Shown piece by piece: positions 23,514 through 34,772 of a stretch of DNA of 47,228 nt. The notes below the pieces were generated by a model. It was not told the origin of the DNA. It worked only from the letters and a program-made list of their open reading frames with translations, and made no database searches. Position numbers and translations under genes: made by a program. Origin of the DNA: a virus (taxonomy: Duplodnaviria; Heunggongvirae; Uroviricota; Caudoviricetes); the IMG/VR virus record IMGVR_UViG_647533161_000007. One strand, written 5' to 3'. The number at the start of each line of letters is the position of its first letter. Position 1 is the stretch's first letter.

Positions 23514-25606
23514 CCTCCGGAAGTCAGCCAGGGGTTAACATCGTCAGTTACTGTTTTCTTCCGTTTTTGTTTTTTAACAGGCGTGGATACCGGTTCCGGT
23601 GTGGGTGACGGTTCGGTACTGTCCGGGACACACTCCAGCCAGGTTTCCCGGCTCGCCCACTCCGGTGCATCCGGCCAGCGGATCTTTTCGTATCCATGCA
23701 GAATGACCAGAGCCTCGGCATACACCATCAGGTCAAAAGCTTCGTTGGCACCGCGACCCGGCTTACTCCATTTCCCGTCACTGCTCCGCTCTTCATACGT
23801 CAGTTCGTCGTAAAACCAGCTCCCCAGCCAGTCAGGGAAATGCACATAGCCGGGACCTGGCGAGTCACGCCATAACGCGTTATTCACCCGGTCTTTCAGG
23901 GCATCCGTCTGAAGAAGCCAGAGCGGCACATCACCTGCGGCCTGCGCCCGGCGGCCCGTTCGTCCGGTGTTATCAGGGAATGTACGGCTGATCAGTTTTG
24001 CGCGCCGGATGCTGTCACCCTTAAACAGGTAAATACGTTTACCAAGGCCATCACGACGGCAACGACGCCAGAATTTATAGGCATTATCAGTGACCCCGTC
24101 TTCACCGCCGGAGTCCACCGCCATTGCCATCAGTCGCATTTGTTGAGAAGGATCGGAGGCCAGCGGCCAGCTTTTATGAAAAACATCCGTCAGCAGGACA
24201 TCCCAGTCTTCCGGATAGCTGGCCGGATCAATTCGCTGGCTCTCCCCGTCGCTGTCACCGCGCAATGACTGCGTGATGTTGTAACGATCAATAATCCAGC
24301 GTTCGCCACGGCTGCCATAGCCCGTTACCTGAACCACAAAACGGCGATGACGTCCCGCCTGCACATCCACTGTCGCCACAAGGAAATTAACGCCATCCGG
24401 CACACTGCGGGAAGGAACTGGCTCTGCCCGCTGCTCAAGCAATTCACTTTTTCGTTGCTCCATGCTGGCGCGGGGAAGATAAGGTAATCCCCAGTCGGTA
24501 TTGATAACCGTCTTGAGTGTCTCTTCACTTCCGGTTGTCTCGTATTCCTGTTCTGCAGTAAGCAGTTTGTAAACGAGTTGCGAGAGTGTCTGATAAGCAG
24601 CTGCCGGACCCTCCATCCAGAATGACGCAATACGTGAACGCCGGGGATCACCATAACGACTGCCATCTGCATTGATGGATTCACCATCCCGTAACCAGAC
24701 CCCACGTCCGTTCAGCTCGCGTTTTTGTTCAGGCAAAATCCGTCCTGAACAGGAAGGACACTGAATATAAGCCGCCTCACTTGCCAGCACAGGATCGGCA
24801 ATATCACGGAAACCAGCAACCACATCGCCGCAGGGCTGAAAATACTCACCACAGTGTGGACAGGGCCAGTACCAGCGACGGCGATCGCCACGGTTATAGA
24901 GCGACAGGATCCCCGTGGTTGGTGGAGCCTCATGCGGTGAAGTCCGTCGCCATTTCACATCCTTCACATCCCTGCCGGGGGAACTCTCCACCAGCGTCAT
25001 ACCACTGGACATAAATGTGGTGGTACGTTTTGAGGCAAGAGAGAAGGCATCCCCCTCACCATCAATATCTTCCGGAAAACGGTCATAATCCGTCAGCGCC
25101 ACGCATTTATAATCTGATGAAGACATGATATTGACTGACGGCCAGCCGATTTTCAGGTAGTTGCCAGCAAGGAATGTTCTGTCATAAACGTTGTTGTCAT
25201 TTTTGTTCGGACTCAGGCGACTGACCACTTCCGGGCTGACGCGAAACGTTCTGGCGAGTCGTTTTTTGGAGTGTTCGCGGGCTTTTTCCTCCGTCATCTG
25301 AATGATCAGCATATCAGCAGGATCGCAAATCACGTTGTAAATCACCCAGCCGTCAATCAGGCCGATAGTCTTGCCGGTTCGTGCCGGGCCAACAAATATC
25401 ACTGCGTCGTATTCACGCGAGGCCAGGCAGTTCATAGGCTCAATAACATACGGTGCCACCAGCGGATCCCACGGGACTGAGTTCCCTGCCCCCATAGGCA
25501 CCCGCATATACTGAGCAACGGCATCAGCAACCCGCATTCGTCTCGGTGCGCGAAGGATATAACCTGAATCGGTTCGTGCTGCCTTTGCGGTTTCCTGATT
25601 CAGCAT
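23504..25606 (-). CDS. A: Terminase large subunit (GpA family)
   Basis: 700-aa ORF with ATPase region (GPARTGKT Walker A) and C-terminal nuclease region; lambda-like position. Confidence 0.9.
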   Translation of the reverse strand: MLNQETAKAARTDSGYILRAPRRMRVADAVAQYMRVPMGAGNSVPWDPLVAPYVIEPMNCLASREYDAVIFVGPARTGKTIGLIDGWVIYNVICDPADMLIIQMTEEKAREHSKKRLARTFRVSPEVVSRLSPNKNDNNVYDRTFLAGNYLKIGWPSVNIMSSSDYKCVALTDYDRFPEDIDGEGDAFSLASKRTTTFMSSGMTLVESSPGRDVKDVKWRRTSPHEAPPTTGILSLYNRGDRRRWYWPCPHCGEYFQPCGDVVAGFRDIADPVLASEAAYIQCPSCSGRILPEQKRELNGRGVWLRDGESINADGSRYGDPRRSRIASFWMEGPAAAYQTLSQLVYKLLTAEQEYETTGSEETLKTVINTDWGLPYLPRASMEQRKSELLEQRAEPVPSRSVPDGVNFLVATVDVQAGRHRRFVVQVTGYGSRGERWIIDRYNITQSLRGDSDGESQRIDPASYPEDWDVLLTDVFHKSWPLASDPSQQMRLMAMAVDSGGEDGVTDNAYKFWRRCRRDGLGKRIYLFKGDSIRRAKLISRTFPDNTGRTGRRAQAAGDVPLWLLQTDALKDRVNNALWRDSPGPGYVHFPDWLGSWFYDELTYEERSSDGKWSKPGRGANEAFDLMVYAEALVILHGYEKIRWPDAPEWASRETWLECVPDSTEPSPTPEPVSTPVKKQKRKKTVTDDVNPWLTSGGWL

Positions 25607-26100
25607 TACTCCTCCTGCTGTAATTCCTCCTCATCATCCGCACCTGCTTCAGTCACCCGCAGGGCTATCTGATCGCGCAGATCATCAATAATGGACTGAA
25701 CACGGCTCACAGCGGCAGGCTGCAGACCGCAGTCACGTTCAAGAATATCCGGTAATGTCTCCAGCACCTGCACGACCGCTTTTGCCCAGATGGCAAACTC
25801 CCGTCTGACATCACTGGCCGGAATGAGTTGTGCCGTTTCCTGTTCGAACTTAAGACGCTCACGTTCAGACTGATACCAGGCTTTGCGCTCATGCGCGTCC
25901 ATTTCGCCTTCTGCAACCGGCGGTGGTAATGCCAGAAATGCCGACACAATATCAACCACCCGATAAAGCTTGAGGTTGCTTTCATGCCCCCCTGCAACGG
26001 GTAGATTTTGCAGCCTTGCCGCAGCAGTCTGGCGATGTACACCTGACAATGCCGCCAGTTGACTGATATTCAGCGTCAGATTTTTTAACTCTCGATCCAT
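25606..26100 (-). CDS. Terminase small subunit (Nu1-like, HTH)
   Basis: 164-aa ORF with N-terminal HTH (ISQLAALSGVHRQTAA), acidic C-terminus; immediately downstream of the cos-like site and upstream of A. Confidence 0.75.
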   Translation of the reverse strand: MDRELKNLTLNISQLAALSGVHRQTAAARLQNLPVAGGHESNLKLYRVVDIVSAFLALPPPVAEGEMDAHERKAWYQSERERLKFEQETAQLIPASDVRREFAIWAKAVVQVLETLPDILERDCGLQPAAVSRVQSIIDDLRDQIALRVTEAGADDEEELQQEE

Positions 26101-26199
26101 ACCCGCTCCAGAATGTTTTAAACATGCATCTTGCGAACAACTTTAGGCAAACGGTGTTAGTGATGAACAAAAAACAATCAGAATCGACACCATAAAAAT

Positions 26200-26345
26200 A
26201 AATCCACTGTAATATCAATCAATTACAGTAGTGGTGATGACGAATAAAATTTCAAAAACTAGCCTTTTTCCGCGACGCTCCCGCCCCGTGGCAGGGGCCC
26301 CCACCGGGAGGACCCGACAGCCTGACAGCCTGACAGCCGTGACGA
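26200..26345. other. cos region: cosB-like IHF site, cosN-like 12-mer, cosQ-position 8-bp triplet repeat
   Basis: Minus-strand acg-GGGCGGGAGCGT-CGCGG (plus 26275..26286) is a 1-mismatch-rich relative of the lambda cohesive end GGGCGGCGACCT; IHF consensus TATCAAtcaaTTA at 26213..26225. Confidence 0.55.
26316..26339. repeat. Tandem 8-bp direct repeat gacagcct x3 beside cosN
   Basis: gacagcct gacagcct gacagccg read directly. Confidence 0.7.
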
Positions 26346-26662
26346 GCATCTGATACAGCGCTTTACATAATGGCATAGGAATAATTCAGAAGGACATCAC
26401 AGCATGCCCACACAAATTAGTGTGAGTGTCCTGTTTCTTCCTACGCACAGGACTGACGAGCATGAGGGGAAAATATGCGAACCATAAATGCCTCATCTTC
26501 AGCAATGCAGCCGGCATCCGAACAGGACGATATTGTAAATTCACCTAATTACGAGGACATTGCAGTAGTTGAATTGCAGCTCTGTATTAGCCTGACAGTG
26601 ACAGAATGCGATATTGACTCTGTCACAGGTGAAATAGTTTGAATGATTAGCAGTTATGGTGC

Positions 26663-26869
26663 TCAGTCAACCACCAGGGAATAATCCTTCGAATTCTTAT
26701 CGTGCTTCACCAACGCTGCCTCAATTGCCCTGAATGCTTCCAGAGACACCTGATGTTCTATACATGCAATTACAACATCCGGGTAACTCATAGAAATGGT
26801 GCTATTAAGCATATTTTTTACACGAATCAGATCCAACGAGAGTTCATCAGCAGATTGTTCTTTATTCAT
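26663..26869 (-). CDS. Hypothetical small phage protein (68 aa)
   Basis: ATG at 26867-26869 with GGAG SD 9 nt upstream; occupies the ynfO position of K-12 Qin. Confidence 0.45.
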   Translation of the reverse strand: MNKEQSADELSLDLIRVKNMLNSTISMSYPDVVIACIEHQVSLEAFRAIEAALVKHDKNSKDYSLVVD

Positions 26870-27169
26870 TTTGTCGCTCCATGCGTTTGCTCGTCATCTA
26901 GCGGTTAAAATATTACTTCAAATCTTACTGCATAAAAGAGGAAAAGTATGAAAGTTTGAGTACATCGACCTTACATACATCTGTCGGTTGCATATCCCTC
27001 CTGGATGCCAGCAAGGCTCAATTTTGTTACGCAATCAACACTATTCATTAAAAACAGGCTTAATATTTGACATAAATCATCAACAAAACACAAAGAGGTC
27101 AGACCAGATTAAAACAATAAACACGATAATGCAAACTACGCGCCATCGTATCACATGGAAGGTTTACCA

Positions 27170-27580
27170 ATGGCTCAGGCTGCCATTTTTAAAGAAATAT
27201 TCGATCAAGTGCGTAAAGATTTAAACTGTGAATTATTTTATTCTGAGCTAAAACGTCACAATATCTCACTTTATATTTACTATTTAGCCACAGATAATAT
27301 TCACATTGTGTTAGAAAACGACAACATAGTGTTAGTAAAAGGACTCAAAAAGGTTGTAAATGTTAAATTCTCCAGAAACAAACATCTTATAGAGACCTCC
27401 TATAATAAGTTGAAATCAAAAGAAATCACATTTCAACAATACAGGGAAAATCTTGCTAAAGCAGGAGTTTTCCGATGGGTTACAAATATCCAGGAACACC
27501 AAAGATATTACTATGCCTTTGATAACTCATTACTATTTACTGAAAGCATCCAGAAAACTACACAGATCTTACCACGCTAA
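27170..27580 (+). CDS. YdfO-like protein (DUF1398 family)
   Basis: 136 aa from ATG 27170 (SD GGAAGG 27157-27162); same position and length as recalled K-12 YdfO. Confidence 0.6.
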   Translation: MAQAAIFKEIFDQVRKDLNCELFYSELKRHNISLYIYYLATDNIHIVLENDNIVLVKGLKKVVNVKFSRNKHLIETSYNKLKSKEITFQQYRENLAKAGVFRWVTNIQEHQRYYYAFDNSLLFTESIQKTTQILPR

Positions 27581-27732
27581 ACCATAACGTCCGGCTTCTC
27601 TCACTCCTGAGCCGGACTGCATTGGTTTAATAAAAACCATCAACAATTGTGATTTAGATATTCGGAACCATTCAAATATAACAAAACCCCGTAAAAACGA
27701 GGTTTATGGATAAATTTTATTATTGAATACAT

Positions 27733-27905
27733 CAGATTAAATTAATCTTGACATCATAGCTTTCAAGACCCGTCATTTTTTCCCGTGCGGTAAACTGAAT
27801 ACTGGTAACTTCTTTCCCGGTCTTTTTCTTAAGTTCAATAATTTTTTTGTTATATATTCAGAAATATCTGCTTCTGCTTTTGTTTTTAAGTTTTCAATAT
27901 TCATC
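27733..27905 (-). pseudogene. GnsB-like gene disrupted by a -1 frameshift in an A7 run
   Basis: ATG 27903-27905 with AAGAGGAA SD; N-terminal frame MNIENLKTKAEADISEYITKK stops after 43 aa; downstream frame encodes ...IIELKKKTGKEVTSIQFTAREKMTGLESYDVKINLI*; restoring one A (plus-strand T7 at 27843-27849) gives a 57-aa Gns-like ORF. Confidence 0.6.
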
Positions 27906-28075
27906 ATTTCCTCTTTTAGTCTGTTATGACTTTCCAGTTACACAGTAAGTCGATTATATGGTGCAAACGTGTAAAAGATAAGATGAAACATCGCAATAAT
28001 CAACATACGATAGTCTAAATTTTACACAAACAGACAAAGAGAATTTTCCTGAATTATCAATACAATAGCATCAAA

Positions 28076-28231
28076 TCAACTCAAGAGCCTTATTGCTGCT
28101 TCCAGAATTTCTTCTGAAGTAACATGTCGATCCGCGGCTACATAAATGACTTTATGATCTCCGGTCAGAGATGGAAACCCTGCGGCCATTACAGTAAGGT
28201 GTGTTTTTTCGCCATTTGGATATTCACGCAT
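28076..28231 (-). CDS. YnfN-like small protein (51 aa)
   Basis: ATG at 28229-28231 gives 51 aa MREYPNGEKTHLTVMAAG...; matches K-12 YnfN by position and length. Confidence 0.5.
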   Translation of the reverse strand: MREYPNGEKTHLTVMAAGFPSLTGDHKVIYVAADRHVTSEEILEAAIRLLS

Positions 28232-28575
28232 GATGGTGTTAACTCCAGTCATCGCTGGCACTACCACTGCTGGTTCAGAGTTAAAAAAACTATGATTTTT
28301 TCATGATGTTACCGTAGTATGTGAGTATCCATCGAATAGATACCAAGCAAAAAAGCTCCCGAAGGAGCCTTCATTTTCACTTTTTTAAATCCAACGACAG
28401 ACGGCTGGCATTTAAGTATTGTGAAATATTATCAAATGTAATCATCATTGATTTACAAAAGATACATTTTGCCCCGAAAGGATTCATGTCAGAAACATCA
28501 AAAGATGATGTTCTATACTGGGAACCATGACAACACGGGCATCTAAAGTGAATATGGTTTGTAATATTGTCTACC

Positions 28576-28788
28576 TCAAAGCGCCACTACATGAACAGCG
28601 GCAGGACCTTTAGGTCCGTTCTCAATACCAAATTCAACTTCCTGATTCTCAGTTAATGTTTTGAAATCGTTGCTCTGAATTGCTGAGAAATGGACAAACA
28701 CATCTTTGCTGCCATCTTTCGGCGTGATGAAACCAAAACCTTTTTCAGGGTTAAACCATTTCACTAAACCAGTCATTTTGTTAGACAT
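28576..28788 (-). CDS. cspI: Cold shock protein (CspA family)
   Basis: 70-aa ORF with cold-shock domain motifs KGFGFI and VFVHF. Confidence 0.85.
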   Translation of the reverse strand: MSNKMTGLVKWFNPEKGFGFITPKDGSKDVFVHFSAIQSNDFKTLTENQEVEFGIENGPKGPAAVHVVAL

Positions 28789-29151
28789 AATTATTACCTT
28801 TTGAAGAAATTAGCCCTTGGGCAGAATGGTCCGAAAAAAAATATCAGAGAGAAAAACCAACAAGGAAATCTCAAGAGGTACAAATAATAAAATTATAACA
28901 ATGACTGCTTCAGATAAATTTGTAACAAACCAGAACACCATTAACGCATGATTAACCACCCATAGCAAGGATTACTTTTGTAAAGAAAAACACAGCAATG
29001 AAAGAATAGCTTTATTTATTAATAATAACGTGTCATTCTGATTAAGACCTTTTATCTTACCCTTAAGATTTCAGGAATTTTGGCTCATGGAAGAGTCCTT
29101 TTTATTTAAATTTTACATTCCGCGATGTAAATGTTCCGATTTAATATTACC

Positions 29152-30175
<1,024 letters not shown>

Positions 30176-30179
<4 letters not shown>

Positions 30180-30463
30180 ATATATTTATGATGAGGACGC
30201 TCGTGCTTATTGGCAGGATTTTCAATCTTAAAGGAGTACTGATGCTGCAGATAAGACTCAACTTTTTCTGACAATTTTTCTGCTACTTCCAGGAAGACTT
30301 GCCGGACGCTCCTTCTGGCTGCTGCCTCATAAAACTCCAGCGCAGCTCCTTCAACACGGTCCATGGCGACATCCAGGTCAAAAATTTCACCGTCAAAGCG
30401 TTCTTTGTCCTGTAAGGCTACAGTTACCGTAACTTTATTCTCAAAATTACGGACTCCTTTCAC
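30176..30463 (-). CDS. YdfR-like small phage protein (DUF1327-like)
   Basis: 95-aa ORF between holin and endolysin, as ydfR is in K-12 Qin; ATGA overlap with endolysin start. Confidence 0.5.
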
Positions 30464-30491
30464 AACCAGTTCATAGTCTTGAGTCGTTGGA

Positions 30492-30707
30492 TTACTCTCC
30501 TCTCGCAGCCTTACGCCTGTCTTCTTTAATCTTGAAATAAAGATTTGTCAGATACGTCAGCAGGCCAAAAACCAGGCTACCCAGCACACCGATTGCAGCC
30601 CACTGTGACGGAGTTACTTTATCGAGTAACTGCAATGCCCAGAAACCAGCATTACCCGCCGATGTGCCATAGGCAACACCTGTTGTTAACTTATCCATTG
30701 ATTTCAT
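30492..30707 (-). CDS. Pinholin, phage-21 S-type class II holin
   Basis: 71 aa from the dual-start motif MKSMDK...; closely resembles phage 21 S ([37 protein letters not shown]). Confidence 0.8.
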   Translation of the reverse strand: MKSMDKLTTGVAYGTSAGNAGFWALQLLDKVTPSQWAAIGVLGSLVFGLLTYLTNLYFKIKEDRRKAARGE

Positions 30708-30926
30708 ATCCTCACCCCGATGTACACGGATGGTGCAATATGTTTGAAAAGATCGGAGTCTACGGGGTAGTTTTGACAGCACACGTTGTTCTCAACGGCG
30801 CTAAAAAAACATACACATTAAAAATGTGGGTAATTATTTTGAAAGAAAGTCATATATAAAATAATAATACGAGAAATGTTTTCATATTTAGTGTACTGTA
30901 TACGGCCATTTATACAGGAAAAGCCT

Positions 30927-31097
30927 ATGTCAGAACGTAAAAACTCAAAATCACGCCGTAATTATCTCGTTAAATGTTCCTGCCCAAACTGCACCCAAGA
31001 GTCAGAACACAGTTTTTCAAGAGTACAAAAAGGTGCCCTTTTGATCTGCCCTCATTGCAACAAAGTATTCCAGACAAATCTTAAAGCTGTAGCCTGA
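30927..31097 (+). CDS. Small zinc-ribbon protein (56 aa)
   Basis: ATG 30927 with AGGAAA SD; two CxxC pairs (CSCPNC, CPHC). Confidence 0.45.
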   Translation: MSERKNSKSRRNYLVKCSCPNCTQESEHSFSRVQKGALLICPHCNKVFQTNLKAVA

Positions 31098-31156
31098 TTG
31101 ATTTTATTAGTAACAAGTATTTTTTATATTTTAATAATATATTTAAAGCAGATAAT

Positions 31157-31178
31157 AAAAAACCCGCCTGAGCGGGTT
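31157..31178 (-). terminator. Intrinsic terminator downstream of cspB
   Basis: 7-bp stem aacccgc/gcgggtt (31161-31167, 31172-31178), loop ctga, U-run on the minus strand. Confidence 0.5.
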
Positions 31179-31460
31179 TGAGATTGTGGTGCTTTTTGTG
31201 GGAGTCATCCACTTACGCACTTTGTTTTGCCATGCCAGCAGTTAGCTTCTGCTGTAAAACTATTCATGCAGCAAACCTGCACTTCACCACAATGGTTAGC
31301 ATACTTTTCCTGATTAAGATTTTGCCAAATATGCTAGCCATTGTTTCATGTATTGGACCTCCTTACTTTTTATTAAAGAGATCCAATATTCACTACTCTG
31401 TCCGTATCTCTACTCAGGCATCAGCCTTCTTCGTTATCGTATACAGACGAGCGATGAATT

Positions 31461-31676
31461 TTAATCAGTAATGATGACATTTGCTGCTGCAGGACCTTTA
31501 GCACCACTCTCTATAGAGAAGGTAACCTTTTGACCTTCAAATAAGGTTCGATAATTATCATTCTGAATCGCAGAAAAATGCACAAACACATCTTTACTAC
31601 CATCAACAGGAGAAATAAAGCCGAAACCTTTATCAGCGTTAAACCATTTTACTAAACCAGTCATTTTATTTGACAT
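31461..31676 (-). CDS. cspB: Cold shock protein CspB
   Basis: 71-aa [41 protein letters not shown]...; ATG at 31674-31676. Confidence 0.85.
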   Translation of the reverse strand: MSNKMTGLVKWFNADKGFGFISPVDGSKDVFVHFSAIQNDNYRTLFEGQKVTFSIESGAKGPAAANVIITD

Positions 31677-31976
31677 TCTACATTCCTTAACTTGAGCCTT
31701 TCGGCATAAATGGTTTGCATAACAGAAACGACTTCGTACTTAATTGGAGAGACTCAAAGAAGGAATAAGTGAATAACACCTGAAATGAGAACTGCTTTAG
31801 TAAACTACTTCGTATATCGTCTGTTCTTCAAACCGACGCAATCATTAACGCATAGTTGAACATATGAAGCAATGTTTATTTTAGACATCCAGCCATCTTC
31901 AACCCCATCAAAAAACTATAGCTTTCTTCAGGAACGTGTGTATAGTGCGCCAAGTTATCAGTATTAAGGAATTTTT

Positions 31977-32189
31977 TTGTCCCGTAAAATGACAGGAATT
32001 GTCAAAACCTTTGACGGCAAAAGCGGCAAGGGTCTTATCACCCCATCCGATGGTCGTATCGATGTCCAGCTTCATGTTTCAGCGCTCAATCTCCGCGATG
32101 CAGAAGAAATTACCACCGGATTACGCGTGGAATTTTGCCGGATAAATGGTCTGCGTGGCCCTTCAGCTGCCAATGTTTACCTTTCATGA
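31977..32189 (+). CDS. cspF: Cold shock-like protein CspF
   Basis: 70-aa [16 protein letters not shown]...[17 protein letters not shown]; first codon is TTG with AAGGAA 6 nt upstream. Confidence 0.8.
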
Positions 32190-32483
32190 GCTATATTAAA
32201 GCTTTAATTTCAGGCCCCATCGGATCACACATGGAGAGTTTTTATGAATAACCCCGTCTGTCTTGATGACTGGTTGATTGGCTTTAAAAGCTTATGCTGT
32301 ACTTTGGCCGTAATAGCTCTGCTAATAATATAATAAGCAGACTCATTGTGTTTAGGGACATTGTACTGGAAGAAAATATTTTAAACATCAGGCAAATAAC
32401 CAAGTCACCAGCTAAATAATAAGTTAACAGACATGAGTCCCGGGATGAGATTCAACATTACCATTGCCCCATTTAAAGCACAA

Positions 32484-32503
32484 AACCCGCTCATCAGCGG
32501 GTT
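32484..32503. terminator. Hairpin terminator downstream of late promoter (tR'-like), possibly bidirectional
   Basis: 8-bp stem aacccgct/agcgggtt with 4-nt loop; T-rich on the plus side, ttgtgcttt on the minus side. Confidence 0.45.
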
Positions 32504-32550
32504 TTCTACTTTTTCTTAACGTCGGGTATACAAAGCCCATCGTTGAAAAA

Positions 32551-32579
32551 ATTTTATCCATATTTTTTGAAAAATGCAA
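32551..32579 (-). promoter_or_regulatory. Late promoter (pR'-like) just downstream of Q
   Basis: Minus strand TTGCAT (32574-32579), 17-nt spacer, TAAAAT (32551-32556); about 30 bp after the Q stop. Confidence 0.55.
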
Positions 32580-32610
32580 ACATCATGTCGCCATCTTCAG
32601 CAAAAATCAT

Positions 32611-33363
32611 TTATCTCGTCACCTTCCTCAATTGCGCTTCCGCGTATGCTTCTTCCTGCCAGCACTTTGTTACCAGTTTATCAATGACGTCCGCATACCC
32701 CTTATACCACTGATAATCGGTCAGGTCTGGTACCAGCTTCTGGACATGACGTCGTGCCAGCGTGGTCGGTAAACGACTAAATCGGTTTCCATTACAACGC
32801 CCACAAATCTTATATACCGGTACGCCATGAAACCGGGTTCTTTTTTCATCCAGAACAATCCCTTTACCCTTACACCCTCTGCACGCTGTGCTGACTTCGC
32901 CCTTACCATGGCAATGCTGACATAGTTCCTTCACCCATTCTTCCTTGATTACAGATTCCCCGCGTCTGTAGTGTTTCACCACTTCGCGCAATACATTATA
33001 AAATCCCGTACCTGAACAATGCTCACAGCGAGCCTTACTTGCCGCAGACCTGGAGTAATCAGCAAAGGCAAAATTCACAAGGTAAGGAATAATCTGTAAC
33101 CGGATTTCTTCACTCAATTTGTTCAATGTCGGGTTATCCAGTGCCATCGCGTAATTTAGCAGGCCTTCAATCGCAAACTGAGGGTCCTGAACACCAACTT
33201 TTGCCAGAAATAAGGCCAACCCAAGTGGTGCTTTCGACTGCACCATCCCCTGCGCTGCCATTACATCCGTAATTGTTAAACAACCGGTGCCTGTCGCTGG
33301 AGCGTCATCGCTCAATTTTGGAGATTTTGGGGAGTAATATTTTGGTAAGGCTTCAAGGTTCAT
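32611..33363 (-). CDS. Q: Late antiterminator Q (phage 21/82 type)
   Basis: 250-aa ORF with Cys clusters (CEHCSGTG, CQHCHGKG, CRGCKGKG, CGRCNG); upstream of late promoter and lysis genes. Confidence 0.85.
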   Translation of the reverse strand: MNLEALPKYYSPKSPKLSDDAPATGTGCLTITDVMAAQGMVQSKAPLGLALFLAKVGVQDPQFAIEGLLNYAMALDNPTLNKLSEEIRLQIIPYLVNFAFADYSRSAASKARCEHCSGTGFYNVLREVVKHYRRGESVIKEEWVKELCQHCHGKGEVSTACRGCKGKGIVLDEKRTRFHGVPVYKICGRCNGNRFSRLPTTLARRHVQKLVPDLTDYQWYKGYADVIDKLVTKCWQEEAYAEAQLRKVTR

Positions 33364-33376
33364 GCTCGTTCTCCAC

Positions 33377-34465
33377 TTACGCCAGTACGCCAGTTGCCAG
33401 CGCGCGATCGATAAAACGAAATATCAGCTCCAGTTGGGAGCCATACTTCTCTTCAAATGCCACTGTATCCGTATGCAGCTCGTTGTGATGCTTTCTGCAC
33501 AAAGGCAACACAAAGAGATCATGTGCTTTTGTTCCCATTCCGCCCTGCCCGTGACCAATCAGATGATGCGGATCGTCGGCTGGCATACCGCAGCAAGCAC
33601 ACGGCTGTGTCTTAACCCAACGAGTGTATTTCTCCTTAACCCAGCGGCGACGTTTAGGCAGCTTCATGAAAGATTCCGGAGACTCTGGATCAACGGTGAT
33701 GCTTACCACCGTCTTTTCCTGTGGTGGTTTTTGTTGCTGGTGGGCGTAAGGCAACGGTGCAAGATTTTCTGTGCGTTGTTTCAATATGCTGGTGGCGGTC
33801 TGCTCTCCCTGTACGATGTCGCTTTCGCGGTACACCGAGCAGATTTTTTCCGCTGGTAATCCCAGCGAACGACGCGATACAGCCTCAGGTAGTGCATCCA
33901 CCACCTGATTGCAGACCGCCCACCAGGATAATTCAGCCAAAGATAATTCCCGCTCCTGCGTACCGCTTATTGCGTGACGGATGACGTCAATCACCCATGC
34001 TGTCAGATTTTGTTGAGCAAGCAGCTCCAGTGATTCCGATGTCTGGTCACGCAGTTGGTTGTCGCAGTGCCAGCACAACACCATTGCGCCGGTACCATAA
34101 CGGTGAATGACTGTTTCAGTGTGATGGTAATCGCCATTAGGCCACTGGCAGGATGTAACATGACGTAATAGCCAGTCAGACAATGCGCCAACGCCGCCAG
34201 TAGCACGAATCACCCGTTCGTTACTAAAAAACGGCAGCAATGTTTTGTCTTCTGCCAGCGGCTGGCGAACGGCAGGAACGACTCCGGATGGCAGATTTCG
34301 CATGCTTTTTGGTTCCGGTTCCACCAGCACTCGAGGATTATGAAATATCTGTATGGATTCACGGCCCGGCTTAAGGACCACCAGCCCAAGCTCAGGCACC
34401 AGAACAGGTCTAAGTAATACCCGCACGTTACCTCCAGATCCGTTGCTGGAAAGTGCGGGACGCAC
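33377..34465 (-). CDS. YdfU-like protein (DUF968) with C-terminal Cys/His zinc-binding region
   Basis: 362-aa ORF; C-terminal CACCGMPADDPHHLIGHGQGG...CRKHHNELH; true start may be internal. Confidence 0.7.
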   Translation of the reverse strand: MRPALSSNGSGGNVRVLLRPVLVPELGLVVLKPGRESIQIFHNPRVLVEPEPKSMRNLPSGVVPAVRQPLAEDKTLLPFFSNERVIRATGGVGALSDWLLRHVTSCQWPNGDYHHTETVIHRYGTGAMVLCWHCDNQLRDQTSESLELLAQQNLTAWVIDVIRHAISGTQERELSLAELSWWAVCNQVVDALPEAVSRRSLGLPAEKICSVYRESDIVQGEQTATSILKQRTENLAPLPYAHQQQKPPQEKTVVSITVDPESPESFMKLPKRRRWVKEKYTRWVKTQPCACCGMPADDPHHLIGHGQGGMGTKAHDLFVLPLCRKHHNELHTDTVAFEEKYGSQLELIFRFIDRALATGVLA

Positions 34466-34706
34466 GTGGTGGGCGTTCGGAATAAGGCAGCCTGACAGAG
34501 ATTATCCAGTGCCGATAGTCGAGACTGAGAGCTTTCTTAACCTCGAACCCGCGCCTGCGGTAAGAATGAATCAGCCATTCGGCCTGTTCTGCAGTGCATG
34601 GAGGGTGCTGGAACCATTCAGACTTGAATGCGTGAGAATACCGCCCGTGCGTGCAGGCAAGAACGGGCGAATTATCAGAATTGTAATATTTTACGTTGCG
34701 TGCCAT
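34428..34706 (-). CDS. Hypothetical protein (92 aa)
   Basis: ORF overlapping the annotated ydfU start; no recognisable family. Confidence 0.3.
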   Translation of the reverse strand: MARNVKYYNSDNSPVLACTHGRYSHAFKSEWFQHPPCTAEQAEWLIHSYRRRGFEVKKALSLDYRHWIISVRLPYSERPPRASRTFQQRIWR

Positions 34707-34772
34707 CGGTTTTCTCCGGTGGCACGGTGTTACTCAGCGGGAGTTCAGCCCCGCGCAAGATTGTAGATGAGT

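Noticed and set aside
26316-26339. Tandem gacagcct x3 repeat considered as a possible CRISPR or iteron array
   Set aside because: Only three 8-bp units with no spacers; position next to cosN fits a terminase/cos accessory element instead.
31178-31471. 97-aa plus-strand ORF between the zinc-ribbon gene and cspB
   Set aside because: Starts inside the cspB terminator region, runs antisense into the cspB 3' end, and has no SD.
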